From: Selaginella moellendorffii
Taxonomy: Eukaryota > Plantae > Lycopodiophyta
Length of the DNA stretch: 64,000 nt
Direction: 5' to 3'
NCBI RefSeq assembly: GCF_000143415.4
Contig: NW_003314360.1
Location: 550,595 to 614,594, forward strand
Part shown: piece after piece, positions 10,677 to 22,015 of the stretch
How positions within the stretch are numbered: the stretch's first letter is position 1
Layout: each line of letters begins with the position of its first letter
Notes under the pieces: generated by a model
Seen by the model: only the letters and a program-made list of their open reading frames with translations
What the model was told of the DNA's origin: nothing
The model's database searches: none
Made by a program: the position numbers and the translations under genes

Positions 10677-13145
10677 ATGTGCATTCTGTGTGTGGCGTCG
10701 AGGTGGTCACGGCGCATCGTCACTATGCTGCCGTGGCTCATCTTCCCGCTCGTGCTGGTGTGGACGCTCTCGCAGCTCCTGCCACCCGGGCTGAGGTTCG
10801 AGATCACGTCCCCCCGGCTGGCGTGCGTGGGCGTGCTGCTGCTCAGCCTCGCCTGGTACGAGTTCTTCATGCCCCGGCTGTCCGAGTGGCGCACCCGCCG
10901 GAGCCTGGTGCTCCACGAGAAGAGGAAGATCGAGGCGCAGGAGGCGGCCAAGTGGAGGAAGGAGGCGGTGCGAAAGTGTAGGAACTGCTTCATGGCCTAC
11001 AAGGACCAGAAGCCACAGCTGGGCGGCAAGTTCATGTGTACCTTCTGCGGTCACCTCTCCAAGCGCCCCGCTCTCGACGTCCCCGCGGGGGGCATGCCCG
11101 TCAACCGCTACATTGGCAGCGGCAGGAAGGAGTTGAGGATGCAAGGGAGGCGGAGCTGGAGCCAGGACGTATGGCCCGGCGTGTGGATGTCCGCCAGCGA
11201 CAAGTGTGTCATCGGCGCCCAGACCTCGGGGCTGCTCATCGTCTTCCGCCTCGTCTCCTTCGTCGGCTACTGCCTGTGGTGGGCGCTTTCCAGGCTGTGG
11301 AGTGGGGGGATTATGTCCGACGCGGACAGCTCCCGGACGGACAGGAAAGCCGGGCACCGGAAAGGCGACGATGGGAGTGGCCAGGAGAGCAAAGTTGACA
11401 AGGTGAGGCGCAAGGCGGAAGAGAAGCGGCTGGCTAGGCTAGAGAAGGAACAGATGGAGGCCGAGGAGAGAATGCAACGGGAGGAAGTAGCCAGGCTTGT
11501 AGACGAGCGCAGAAGGCAGAGGGCCGATGCTCAGAAAGACAACAAGATGGCTGACGAGGTCGGGAGTAGTGACGAGCGGGCCCAACGTCGGAAGCAGGAG
11601 AAAGCCGGTGGCGACAGAGGCAAAGACTCGTGGAAGTCAAGGAGCGGGGCTGTTGCTCTCGAGGATCCAAGAAAGGCCATGGACAAGAACAAGAGAGACA
11701 AGAGGCCCGATGCTGCCAGGCCCGTCGTCGTCGTCGAGCCTGGGCTGGCCAAGACTGAGACGATCAAAGCAGCAAGCAACGTGAAGTCATCCGTGGCCGT
11801 AGCCAAGCCGGTTGTTGTTTGCCCGGTCACGAAGCAGCAGTTGATGAAAGTCAAGGCGTCGGTGTTGAAAAAGCAGGACAAGCATGTTGTGTCCACGACG
11901 GCAATAGCTGGTACCACCTCGTCAAGCAAAGCGAACGCAAATGAAGGAGTGGCGCGTAAGCCATCCGCGTGGAACCGGATCTCTTGGGCGTGGGGTAAAG
12001 GAAGTGGCACAAGGATGACCAAGCACCACCAGAGTATCAGTGAGGTTCGTAACTTGTTCTTCACTCCGTTGCTTTCAAGTGACACGGGTAATCGTTGTCT
12101 GCTCAGGTCCAAGGCTTGGATGCTTCAACTAGCACATCTCCTGACGTCGACGGCGTCCCGCCATCGCCATCACCATCACCTGCTCTAGTTGAGGCTGATC
12201 TGCAAGCGCTTCACGACAGCGCCTCCTTGGCTAGTCCCCGCGCGTGCAAGAACGAAACCGCCGGCCTGTCACCAGTCGACGATTGCCCTCCTCCTCCTTC
12301 CCCGTCCCAGTCCGTCTACTCGACGTTCATGGCCAGTGTTCCAGATGCACAACCGGCTTTTGACGGATGGGTGGCTAGTGACTTGGCTCCCAAGTCGACG
12401 TGGAAAATGTGGGAGGCACCCAACCTCGATCTTCCGAGGCTTACTCAGTGCATCAACGGCGTGGGTCCAGTGTCGTCCCAGCCCAGCGGTGACCTGGCAT
12501 CGTCATTCCTAACCAGCGGCCCGGTCGGCATCGTCCCGAGCGTCCCCATCACCAATAACCTGTGGTCCAACTATCATGCATTCGAGTCTGCAAGACGGAT
12601 ATGGGAGGATGACTTGCAGTCGGAGGTGACTCCGCCCGAGTTTGTGGATTGTATCACGCAAGAGGTTATGAAGGACCCAGTTATTGCGGCCGATGGGCAT
12701 TCTTACGAGCGCTCAGCGATCGAAGCGTGGCTCAAGTAAGTCTTGTTCTTTCTTTGTTGGTGCTGTACTAACGCTCCAAAGGGACGTCTTCTTTTGGTCG
12801 CCAGGACGCATGATACATCCCCCAAGACGGGAGAAGTGTTACCTTCTCTAGGCAGCAGCGGCGGCGGAGTTGATAAGTCATTGCGGCCGAACCACAACCT
12901 GAGGGGCCAAATCATCGAGTACAAAGAATGCATGCAACGAGGGTATGGTGCATTGTTTTGGTGATCTCAACTTGGCTTATTCGTGTCCTCCACCCAGGTT
13001 AGTGCCTGCCGCCAGTGGTGCTGCCGGGTGGCAGCAGCCGGCCGCCACAGAAGCGGTGAGAAAGGGTCATGTTGGGGGCCTCTACACACCTCCTCCTGGG
13101 CTGGGATCAGTGTGGGCATATAGCAGCACCACCAATATCTCCTAG
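10677..13145 (+). CDS. NST1-like (At3g51640/50-type) membrane/zinc-finger/coiled-coil protein with C-terminal U-box; exons 10677-12044, 12107-12735, 12805-12942, 12998-13145
   Basis: N-terminus [33 protein letters not shown]...FMCTFCGH; U-box [41 protein letters not shown]...LRPNHNLR; GT-AG introns keep the frame. Confidence 0.82.
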
Positions 13146-13247
13146 CCTGCTTTGGCCTGGCCTGGCCTGGCCGTAAACTCTTCTACCTAATAAGCTAAGT
13201 CTTTGTTTCCTCGTCTCTCCTTTGCTAGGCCTAGGTTGTGTCATGCC

Positions 13248-14938
13248 ATGCGGCTGCTTGGCTTCCTCGCGTCTGTTGCTGCTGCTGCGTCGTTCGGCCG
13301 AGGGCGAGGGCGAGGGCGATGGCAAGGAGGGGAATGTGGCTTGTATGTGCACGCCAGCACCCCGTCGCCCACGACCTGTTGGAGCCGGGGGATCAGCGTG
13401 CTCAACTACATCGTCCCCAAGAAGAAGAAAGGCGTCAGGCCTCGCTTCTGCCTCACGCGGCTCAAGAAGAGGAGGATCATCGGCAACCTGGTGAAGCGGT
13501 CCAAGAGGCATACATGGACGAGCAAGAGGAGGCTGGCGATGGAAGTGGATGCCGTCAAACAGGTGGAGGAGGAGGAGAAGAGGAGGAGGAGGGCCGTAGA
13601 GGACAGGCCCCTGCTGCTGCAGCTGAGAAGGCAGCAGCAGAGGGCGGGCCGGGTGCGGAGGATTCTGGGCGAGCAAAGGACCTTTGCAGACAAGGCCGCC
13701 GACGTGTATGCCGAGCTCATTCGCCTGAGAGCAGCAGGCAAGCCGTTGTCCCAGCTGAGCTACGACGGCATTGACAGGTGGTTCAAGAGTGACACCGCTG
13801 CTTTCGCGGGCCAGAGGAGTGCGGAACCCGGCAGGGCACAAGTTGCGTCGGCACTGGAATCCAACGGGAGCGTGTTTCATGGCCTGGGGTGGCTGGGCAG
13901 GGGAAGGTGGAACGTTCACACCACGACGATAGACGATGCTGGAGTGTGCCGGAGGTGTCACGAGCAGCTGTCCACGTACAAGACCGACGCACAAGAGGCG
14001 GACAAGTTCGCCCGTCACATGGTGAACCTCGCCTCCAAGAGCGTCCATCGCTTGCATTTCGACATGTTCTCGGTGAGCCAGCTTCCTCTCCCCACCCCTG
14101 TCTGTGAGTGACGACGCTCTTTTCCAAAGGATTGGATGCACCTCACCTCGTACGACGCCATCCTGGACGGTCTAAGCTTGCGACGCTGCAACGTTGACTC
14201 GCGCCTCAAGCTCGTCAGGAGCGCAACCTTCCACGACATTGTGCGTTACGTTACAGAAAGAGTGTCGCTCCTGCTGCTCACTGGCCCATGTCTGCCTTGC
14301 AGTTGAAATCAGCGGTGGAGGAGCTGCGAATGCGGTCCCTCAAGTTCTTGGTTGTGCTCGACACCGAGGGAGCTCATGCGAACGGGAACTCACCGGTGGC
14401 TGGGGATCCCAAGCTGTTTCTGTACCAGCTGAAACAAGACAAGGAGCTCTACACGGTGCCCAAGGGAGTGGACTCGACCTGGTAGTGGTACCTTCCAGCC
14501 TTTTATTTCAGTGGTTGTTATGTTCTTTGCTCCCCAAGGCTTGCCCTCTATGCTGCCATGAAGCACGGATGCATGCTGCTCACCAACGACACCCTGGAGA
14601 AGCCGAGAAAGCTATACCCAGGCATGTTCTTACCCAAGTGGATGGAGAGGCATCAGGTTTGTCTTTCATTCATGTTGAGTTTTTATCGTCTGCTTCATTT
14701 GCGCTTGCAGGTTCGTTTTGATCTTCCAATTCAGTTGTCATGGCCGCCAGCTTATTCGGTGGCGATCCAGGTTGGTTTGCCTGCAATTGTTTCATTTCAC
14801 CGCCATTTATCCGAGTCTGCTTTTTTCTTCCAGGAGTCTCTGGAGGGCTCGTGGCATGTTCCCAGCTACAGCGCTCATGATCTGACACAACCTAGGCCGT
14901 GGCTATGCATCACGCGGCCAAGAAAGCTGGTCTACTAA
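13248..14938 (+). CDS. PRORP-like (protein-only RNase P) paralogue, degenerate active site, PPR arm missing; exons 13248-14072, 14130-14240, 14303-14481, 14539-14656, 14711-14770, 14834-14938
   Basis: WFKS, FHGLGWLGRGRWNV, GVCRRCHEQL, YDAILDG, LYAA...LLTND, PKWMERHQV, PPAYSVAIQES..GSWHVP, WLC. Confidence 0.88.
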
Positions 14939-14996
14939 AATAACACAACGCGGACTCTCGCTTATGTGGTAACCATCTCCTAACCTTTGAAGCTAG

Positions 14997-16685
14997 ATGC
15001 TTGACAGGGCCAGCGAAGACAAGCTTGCTGTTGCGATTGCATCGTGCGTCCAAGTTGACACGCTGAAGCAAGTGCACTTGCGTATCTGCCAGGAGTTCCC
15101 TCGGACCCCTTACCTGTTGAACTTGGTCGTGCAAATGTACGCTAAGCTGGGCGATCTGGAGTCCGCGTACCAGACTTTTACATGTATCAAAGAGCCCAAC
15201 CTTTACTCCTGGAGCCTCATGTTAGCCGCATACACTCAGCACGGACAGATGCAGCAAGCAAGGCACCTGTTCGACAAAATGCCCGAGAGAAATGTCGTCG
15301 TGTGGACATCCATGATAACAGGATACTCTCAAGCCGGGAATGTTGAGGAGGCCCGGTGCATTTTCGACGTGATGCCTGAGAGGAATATCGTGTCTTGGAG
15401 TGCCATGCTGCAGGGATACGCCCAAAATGGGCACGTTGACGAAGCTAAAGACGTGTTTGACAGAATGCCTAGGGTGAACGTCGTGTCTTGGACTGCCATG
15501 GTTCAGACTTATGCTGAGAACGGGCATCTTGTAAAGGCCAAGGTAATGTTTGACCAAATGCCCGAGCGAAATCTCATAACCTGGACTGTGATGCTTTTGG
15601 CATATGCCAATGGTGGGCTTGTGCATGAGGCAAGGGTGACGCTGGAGAGGATGCCCGAGTTCTCGTTTCTCTCTTGGAACATCATGCTTTCGGCGTATGC
15701 ACAGCAAGGTGATCACAACAATGCAACGCGTACGTTTGATGCTATGCGAGAGAGGACTGTGACCAGCTGGAACGCTCTCATTTTCTCGTGTGCTCAGAAT
15801 GAGTCCATCAAGCAGGCCGAACACCTCTTCGAAACGATGCCCGAGAGAAGCCTGGTGTCTTGGACCTCAATGATTTCGGCATACGTAAGTGTTGGTTGCT
15901 TGGAGGGATCGAAGTGCGTCTTTGACCGTATGCCGGAGCGGGATATAGTCGCTTACAACACCATCCTGCAGGCGTATGTCCAGTCGGGGCATTTGGACTA
16001 TGCAGAGACATTGTGTGAGAAAATGGCGAGGCACGACGTTGTAACGTGGACAACTATGATGGTAGGCTACGTCAAAGACATGAACCTGTGTGCGTGCAAG
16101 GCTATGTTCTACCTCCTGCCAGACCGCAACTGCATGTCGTGGAACGCTGTTCTTGCAGCCATTGCCCAGAACGGGCATCTGGTAGCTGCGAGGCAAATGT
16201 TTCAAGAGATGCCAGAGCGTAACATTGCCTCCTGGAACACTATGATCGCCGCCTCCTCGCATGCTGGACAACCCGCCGCAGCAGTAATGCTCTTCCACTT
16301 TCTCCAAGCGGAAGGCCTTGCTCCTTCGGACATATCATTCACGAGCCTCTTGCATGCCACAAGCCACGGGGGTGACTTGTCCGAAGGCTTGCTATACTTC
16401 AGGTCGATGGTTGCTGATTATGGTCAATCGCCTCTGAGAGATCACTTTTGTAACGTGGTCGACATCCTTGGACGAGCCGGCTACACTCAAGAAGCCGAGG
16501 AACTTGTTAACTGCATGCCATTCCTTCCGAAAGAGGTGGAATGGGGAGCCTTGCTGGGTGCCTGTAGGATCCACATTGATGTCACCCCTGCCGCTCGAGC
16601 AGCCGAGCATATTCTCGAGCTGGATCCAGACCACGGCTCCGCGCGTCTCTTGCTGGAAAGCATCTACGCCGGTCTGCGAGATTAA
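14997..16685 (+). CDS. PLS-class PPR protein with E motifs (no DYW)
   Basis: MPERN.VSW repeats; HFCNVVDILGRAG, WGALLGACRIH, AAEHILELDP. Confidence 0.92.
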   Translation: MLDRASEDKLAVAIASCVQVDTLKQVHLRICQEFPRTPYLLNLVVQMYAKLGDLESAYQTFTCIKEPNLYSWSLMLAAYTQHGQMQQARHLFDKMPERNVVVWTSMITGYSQAGNVEEARCIFDVMPERNIVSWSAMLQGYAQNGHVDEAKDVFDRMPRVNVVSWTAMVQTYAENGHLVKAKVMFDQMPERNLITWTVMLLAYANGGLVHEARVTLERMPEFSFLSWNIMLSAYAQQGDHNNATRTFDAMRERTVTSWNALIFSCAQNESIKQAEHLFETMPERSLVSWTSMISAYVSVGCLEGSKCVFDRMPERDIVAYNTILQAYVQSGHLDYAETLCEKMARHDVVTWTTMMVGYVKDMNLCACKAMFYLLPDRNCMSWNAVLAAIAQNGHLVAARQMFQEMPERNIASWNTMIAASSHAGQPAAAVMLFHFLQAEGLAPSDISFTSLLHATSHGGDLSEGLLYFRSMVADYGQSPLRDHFCNVVDILGRAGYTQEAEELVNCMPFLPKEVEWGALLGACRIHIDVTPAARAAEHILELDPDHGSARLLLESIYAGLRD

Positions 16686-16885
16686 TGTACTCTACGTACC
16701 TACTGTACTGCACACTGTGCCCTGAATGGAAGGTGGCTCATGCCAGATGCATGGTGTTTGTGCGTCTCTTTCTTGTGCCAACGCAGGGCTTGCTCGAGTG
16801 TGCCTTTGTGTATATAAAGCTCACATTTGATCGCCATAAACATCCGCCCGTCTCGCTTTCTCTCCTGTGTCATCTTTTACCACCC

Positions 16886-17206
16886 ATGGAGGCGCCTCTC
16901 AAGTTTCTTAGCTTCGCTGCCATCGTAGCCTTTCTGGTGGCAACAACGGCACCAAGCGTCGTGGATGGTGCGACGTGCACCTTCGAGTCCACATTGCCCG
17001 ACCTTGCCGACTGCCGCCCCTACGTATCGACTGGGAGCACCCAGACCGATCCCACCGCCGCCTGCTGCTCCGAGCTCCGCAATGTCGGCCACTCCTGCCT
17101 CTGCGATCTTCTCAGAGACACCAAGGTTCCCTCGGACATTGATATCAACAGGGCCGTTGCACTGCCTGGCAAATGCAGCCTTCCCGGCGCCGATTCCTGC
17201 AGCTAA
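16886..17206 (+). CDS. Non-specific lipid-transfer protein (8-Cys motif)
   Basis: Signal peptide, then C..C..CC..CxC..C..C pattern with DINRAVALPGKC; TATA-like tatataa at ~16811. Confidence 0.9.
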   Translation: MEAPLKFLSFAAIVAFLVATTAPSVVDGATCTFESTLPDLADCRPYVSTGSTQTDPTAACCSELRNVGHSCLCDLLRDTKVPSDIDINRAVALPGKCSLPGADSCS

Positions 17207-17558
17207 GCATGGACGCTGACGACACGAGGTAAACTTCTCTGTGATCATACCTGGGTTACCTCACGCATTTCTTGCAGGGTGCCATGCGTCCCTTTTGTTT
17301 CAGAAAATAAGTCACAGTAGTTTTGCGTTCTCACAATAATTGTCTGGTGACCGTTGACACCGTATGTTTTTTTCCTTTAACTGAGGCGCTGATTATCAAG
17401 TTTTTATCATGTTTTTTTGAGCGTGGGGTGGGGATAAGATATGTAGGCTTTAAATTTAGCTCTCCCCTGTATTAAAACTCTCCGGCTCGCCCCTTTCGCC
17501 TTCCAGAAGGAACAAGCCACCAGGTACAGAGAACGACTAACTGTGTTCAGGTGCAGGG

Positions 17559-18937
17559 ATGGAGCGATCATCGTTGATTGTCGCGTTTGGCGAGATGTTG
17601 ATTGATTTTGTTCCCACTGTTGGTGGATTGTCGCTAGCGGATGCCCCGGCCTTCAAGAAGGCGCCAGGTGGCGCGCCAGCCAACGTTGCTGTGGCCGTGT
17701 CCCGCCTTGGTGGGCACTCGGCATTCATCGGGAAGGTGCTGCGCTCTCTCTCTCTCTCTCTGTCTGTGTGTGGTTGGTTCCTGTTTTCAACTCCCTTGCG
17801 GATCCTGAATCAGGTTGGCGAGGATGAGTTTGGGTATATGCTGGCCGAGATACTCAAGCAGAACAAGGTTGAGGACAGGGGCATGAGGTTCGACCCCCAC
17901 GCTCGCACGGCCCTCGCCTTCGTTACGCTGAAAGAAGATGGGGAGAGGGAGTTTATGTTCTACAGGAATCCAAGTGCTGATATGCTTCTCAGGCCTGATG
18001 AGCTCGACGAGGAGCTTATTAGCAAGGTGAGTGAGGCATGACTTCAGCTGGCTGACTATTTTGATGGCTAGGCGTCGGTGCTCCACTATGGGTCCATCAG
18101 CCTCATCTCGGAGCCATGCAGATCGGCACACCTGGCAGCCATGGACGTGGCAAGCAAAGCAGGCGTGCTACTGTCATACGATCCCAATTTGAGGCTGCCA
18201 CTGTGGCCTTCGGCTGAGGAAGCTCGCAAAGGAATCTTAAGCATATGGGACAGGGCCGATCTCATCAAGGTAAATCTAACAATTTCAAGTAAGCAAGTAT
18301 TACAAGTGTTACAGGTGAGTGAAGAGGAGCTCCAGTTTCTGACTGGCAAAGATCCATTTTCGGACGAAGCAGCCCTGTCCGTATGGCATTCAAACCTCAA
18401 GCTCTTACTCGTAACTGAGGGTCATCGGGGTTGCCGCTACTATACGAGCGTAAGCAGTTCCGTCCTGGGATCATACACTCATACATGTTTATAACAGGAT
18501 TTCCACGGGAGAGTGGACGGTATCAAAGTGCAAGCCGTAGACACCACCGGTGCTGGGGATGCCTTCGTGGGAGGCCTTCTGAGCCAGCTTGTGGGCGATT
18601 TGTCGCTCTACAAGGTATGCATATATGTAGCCTCAGGACATGCATGATGTGTGTGGGCTTTCCAACAGGACGAGCAGAGATTGAGAGCAGCTCTCAAGTT
18701 TGCCAATGCATGCGGAGCAATAACGACGACGGAAAGAGGTGCAATCCCTGCATTGCCTGACAGGGACACGGTGCTGCGGCTCATAGGTACGCTCTTTTTA
18801 TCATTCCCTGTAGTAACAAACAAATTGACGCAGACGAGATCCCCAAATCTCGGATACCCCGGGCGCCTTCGTGGTCCAACATCACGCGCTGGCGACTTGA
18901 AGATCACGAGCACGAGGGAGCTGTTCCAGCAGCGTGA
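17559..18937 (+). CDS. FRK: Fructokinase (pfkB family), multi-exon
   Basis: [60 protein letters not shown]. Confidence 0.95.
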
Positions 18938-19047
18938 ATCCAATCATATGATCACTATGCTCCAATTGTGAATAAACGGAGGATGAATCCCGTATCAAGA
19001 CTAATTCTTCTTTTCCAATCTGAGTAAAGCACACATATCACAAGAGA

Positions 19048-19278
19048 TCACACGAGCCTCGAGTACTCCCAAAGGATCTGGACTAGCCTCCGGAACTCGG
19101 CAATAACGAAGTCGAGCCTGTGGCGTCTCCACAGGCAGAAGAAGAGAATGCAGCCCAGGAGCAGGATGAGACAGACGGCAAGCACCACCGTCCCAACCCA
19201 GGCCGCTGTGGACGGGGCAGAGAGGGAGAGGAGCGAGGATCCTGCATTCTCGAGCCCCGGAAGCTCCCACATGACCAT
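19048..19278 (-). CDS. Hypothetical small single-pass membrane protein
   Basis: Hydrophobic WVGTVVLAVCLILLLGCILFFCLW followed by basic RRHR; no family recognised. Confidence 0.35.
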   Translation of the reverse strand: MVMWELPGLENAGSSLLSLSAPSTAAWVGTVVLAVCLILLLGCILFFCLWRRHRLDFVIAEFRRLVQILWEYSRLV

Positions 19279-19449
19279 GGCGCTGAAGGACATATATAAT
19301 TTTTAGGGCGGGGCGTACATTAGAATCGAACCTTGGCTTGAAATTGAGTGCCCTGGGTGGACTTTCCTTCCGACTTGTTCACTTTGTAGCTATGGTGGCT
19401 TTGTCCAGGAGCTGCTGGGAAATGCCCCAGGCTACCTAGGGTTTGCGCC

Positions 19450-21562
19450 ATGCCCAAAGGCGCAGCTCACTTGAGCTGCTACGAGGTAGGTAAAAGATTG
19501 ATTGCTTCTCTCCTTCGACGAGCCCCTCTTAGATTTGGCATTTTTGTCGTATTTCTTCACATCATTCATCCAGTGATTTTTAACTCTAGTTTGATGGCAA
19601 GGGATGAGACATGTCCACTAGGACAAGACACTGGGACTCCCTCCGGACAAAGCTCCATGCTGCTTGTTTGCTAGACGAGACGGGTCTCGATCCAAAGTCC
19701 CGTGAAGGCTTGCTTGCCAAGGTGAATCCAGATTTCTGACAAACACGGCCGCGATTCGATATATAATTGTAGCTGGCAGGATTGGTGCTGTTCCAGTGAA
19801 ATGGAGTGTGGACATACACAAGATACATCTCGGCTGGAAGCACGTAACAGATGGAGGCGGCTCAAGAACACAGTGGCTTTTGCGGCTGCCATCAAATCGT
19901 CTCTGGCCCATGATCTGCTCGAGGACAAACTTCACGTCGATCCCGTAAAAGGCAATGACAGTGTTGCTACCGGTGCAGCAGCTCAGGCTTCGATGCCAGT
20001 TAAAGCCAAAGGAAGGAAAGGAATGGAAGGCCTTGTGGTCCAGCAAGACAGAGGTTACATGTCTTGCTTCCAAGATTTTTATGTCGCCTGCCTCAAGGTA
20101 CTTCACTCGCGTAGCTTTTTTATCATAGCATGGTGCCGCACTCACCCGAAGCACGTTTTTGTCTTACGCAGCTGCCAGTCGTTCACTTCTTTATTGGAGT
20201 TTTCCTGGCTCCAGTTGCTTTGGCCTCGATCTTCACGCCACTCTATCTATCGGATGCCAAGGGGCTCAAGCTCGTCGAGTCGCAAGAAGCGGGTTCGTCG
20301 TGCGACTCATCCAAGATATGGAGCTGCTTGAATGTTTTTCTCTACTCGTACGTACGTACATCAGATGTGGCCATGCTACTTAGTGGCTCTTTGCAGGCTA
20401 TCCTTGTCAACAACCTTCGGTGGCTCGCCAATCTCTGCAATCTCGCCATTCTGTCTACTTGTTGCGAATCTTCACACGCTCATGGCTCAGTTCTTGTTTG
20501 TGTTTCTGAGTGGTGCCGGTAAGACGGTAGAGATGGCTGAAATTCGGTCTCGTAGCTCATGTCGTGAGAGGTTGCTGTTTGGTGCAGTTTTCGCTCGTAT
20601 GTCACAGCCAGCGCATCCCATAAGGTGCTCCAAGAAAGCCATAATAAAAAACAATGACTTCGGGACATCAGATGACGAAGATGGCAGATCCAAGTATAAA
20701 GGATTCATCTCTCCTGCGCCCTCTTGACTCACTCGTCGTGCGTTTTGTGTGTCACGCAGAGTCTTTGTTATACGGCTGGTACTGACGGGGCCTCCTCCCT
20801 GCGAGCTCGTGGATGCAAAGATACGCCTCACATTTCGCATTTATGTGAGGCTGCCGTCCGGGTCGATGTTCTGCTCGACACAGGATTTGGACCTGGTGCG
20901 TTCAGAAGTACGTACACACGCACATATATACGTTTGGACTTGGGTTACCTGAGCTTAGTAATCTCATCTAACATTGTCGTCTAAGCGGTGCAGGTTGCAT
21001 ACCTAAGATATGGACTGACAGTACGCCACGTAATAAACTCCAAGAGTCCGATTAGCGGGCACACTTTGGACACTCTTGCTCAGGGAGATGCGTCCTTCTC
21101 GCTGACGATAATGGGTGTGGAGCGCAGCTCCATGCAGCCCATCTTCCATGTGGAGGTGAGCCTTGACTTCTCCACACCAGTTTAATCCGAGGCCAAGTGT
21201 GGTGTGTGACAGGATTACTTCATATGTGATGGAGACGTGATATGGGATGGGGAGTACCTCGACTTCGTAGGAGTGAACGACAAGGGCCTGAGAGTACTAG
21301 ACCATTCCAAGATAGACATGTTGAAACCATTCAAGGTTCTCTATCCCTCTCTTGATAGTTTTCACTCCTGAAGAGATTTCCTTCTCAGGTGGCGGGAGTT
21401 GTAACACAAGCCATAGCAAGAATGGAAGGCGAAGTTGCAAGACACAAAGCTGAAGCGGATCTAAAGGAAGAGAAAAACCACGAACCACTTTCGGAATCAG
21501 ATTGGAAGACAAGCGGTGTGAGAATCAGGAAACTATGGAAAACAATATCTGGTTCGAAGTAA
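19450..21562 (+). CDS. KirBac/Kir-like two-TM inward-rectifier-family channel; exons 19450-19485, 19675-19721, 19773-20097, 20172-20347, 20397-20518, 20588-20693, 20760-20907, 20994-21155, 21213-21335, 21389-21562
   Basis: FQDFYV slide helix, TM1, FLYSLSLSTTFGGS pore, TM2 ending SGAVFARMSQP, cytoplasmic DLDLVRSE, TVRHVINSKSP, DVIWDGEYLD, LDHSK; all introns GT-AG; first two exons less certain. Confidence 0.85.
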
Positions 21563-21590
21563 AATAGAAAGTAATTTCTAGCAGCCTGGG

Positions 21591-21598
21591 TAGGGTTT
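21591..21598 (+). promoter_or_regulatory. Telo-box (TAGGGTTT) 5 nt before the ATG; further copies at 19437-19444, 10489-10496 and TAGGGTT at 22006-22012
   Basis: Exact motif seen; the AAACCCTA/TAGGGTTT telo-box is a known plant 5'-region element. Confidence 0.6.
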
Positions 21599-21603
21599 GG
21601 GCC

Positions 21604-21991
21604 ATGGGGAAGAGCAGGAAGCGGCAAGCGGCAAAGCGGATGATGGACATTGACCATGATCAAGGTAAACAAACATCCATCTATTTCTTCTCCCTTGTTC
21701 CGATGCTGCTCCTGAATAGAGGCACAGGGCATGGATGTAGACGAGCCCAAATCCACATCCAACCCACCCAATGGGTAGGTGTTATTTGTTTTCTTGAAGC
21801 TGCCCAATGCTCTCTTGCACGGCAGGCTGTCCAAGGAATCCAAATTGATCGCAAAGCGGCGTCGTGCCGTGAATGTACGCAAGAAGGCGGCGGCTGACAA
21901 GGCGCTGGCGATGCTGGAGAAGAAACAGCAAAAGGCTCAGACGGATCTGGCAAAGGTGTGTCGCAAGAATCTACTCAAGAAGCTGTACTAG
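21604..21991 (+). CDS. Small basic protein of unknown function; exons 21604-21664, 21720-21774, 21826-21991
   Basis: MGKSRKR, MDID/MDVD, K-rich helix ending KKLY; canonical short introns; resembles a small conserved plant family recalled from memory. Confidence 0.7.
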
Positions 21992-22015
21992 GTAGTGGAA
22001 AGAGGTAGGGTTGCA

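Noticed and set aside
8760-14141. Long antisense ORFs over PPR, NST1-like and PRORP-like genes
   Set aside because: Shadow ORFs of GC-rich coding sequence with no motifs
16685-16885. N-terminal extension of the nsLTP ORF
   Set aside because: It covers the TATA region; the signal peptide starts at the ATG at 16886
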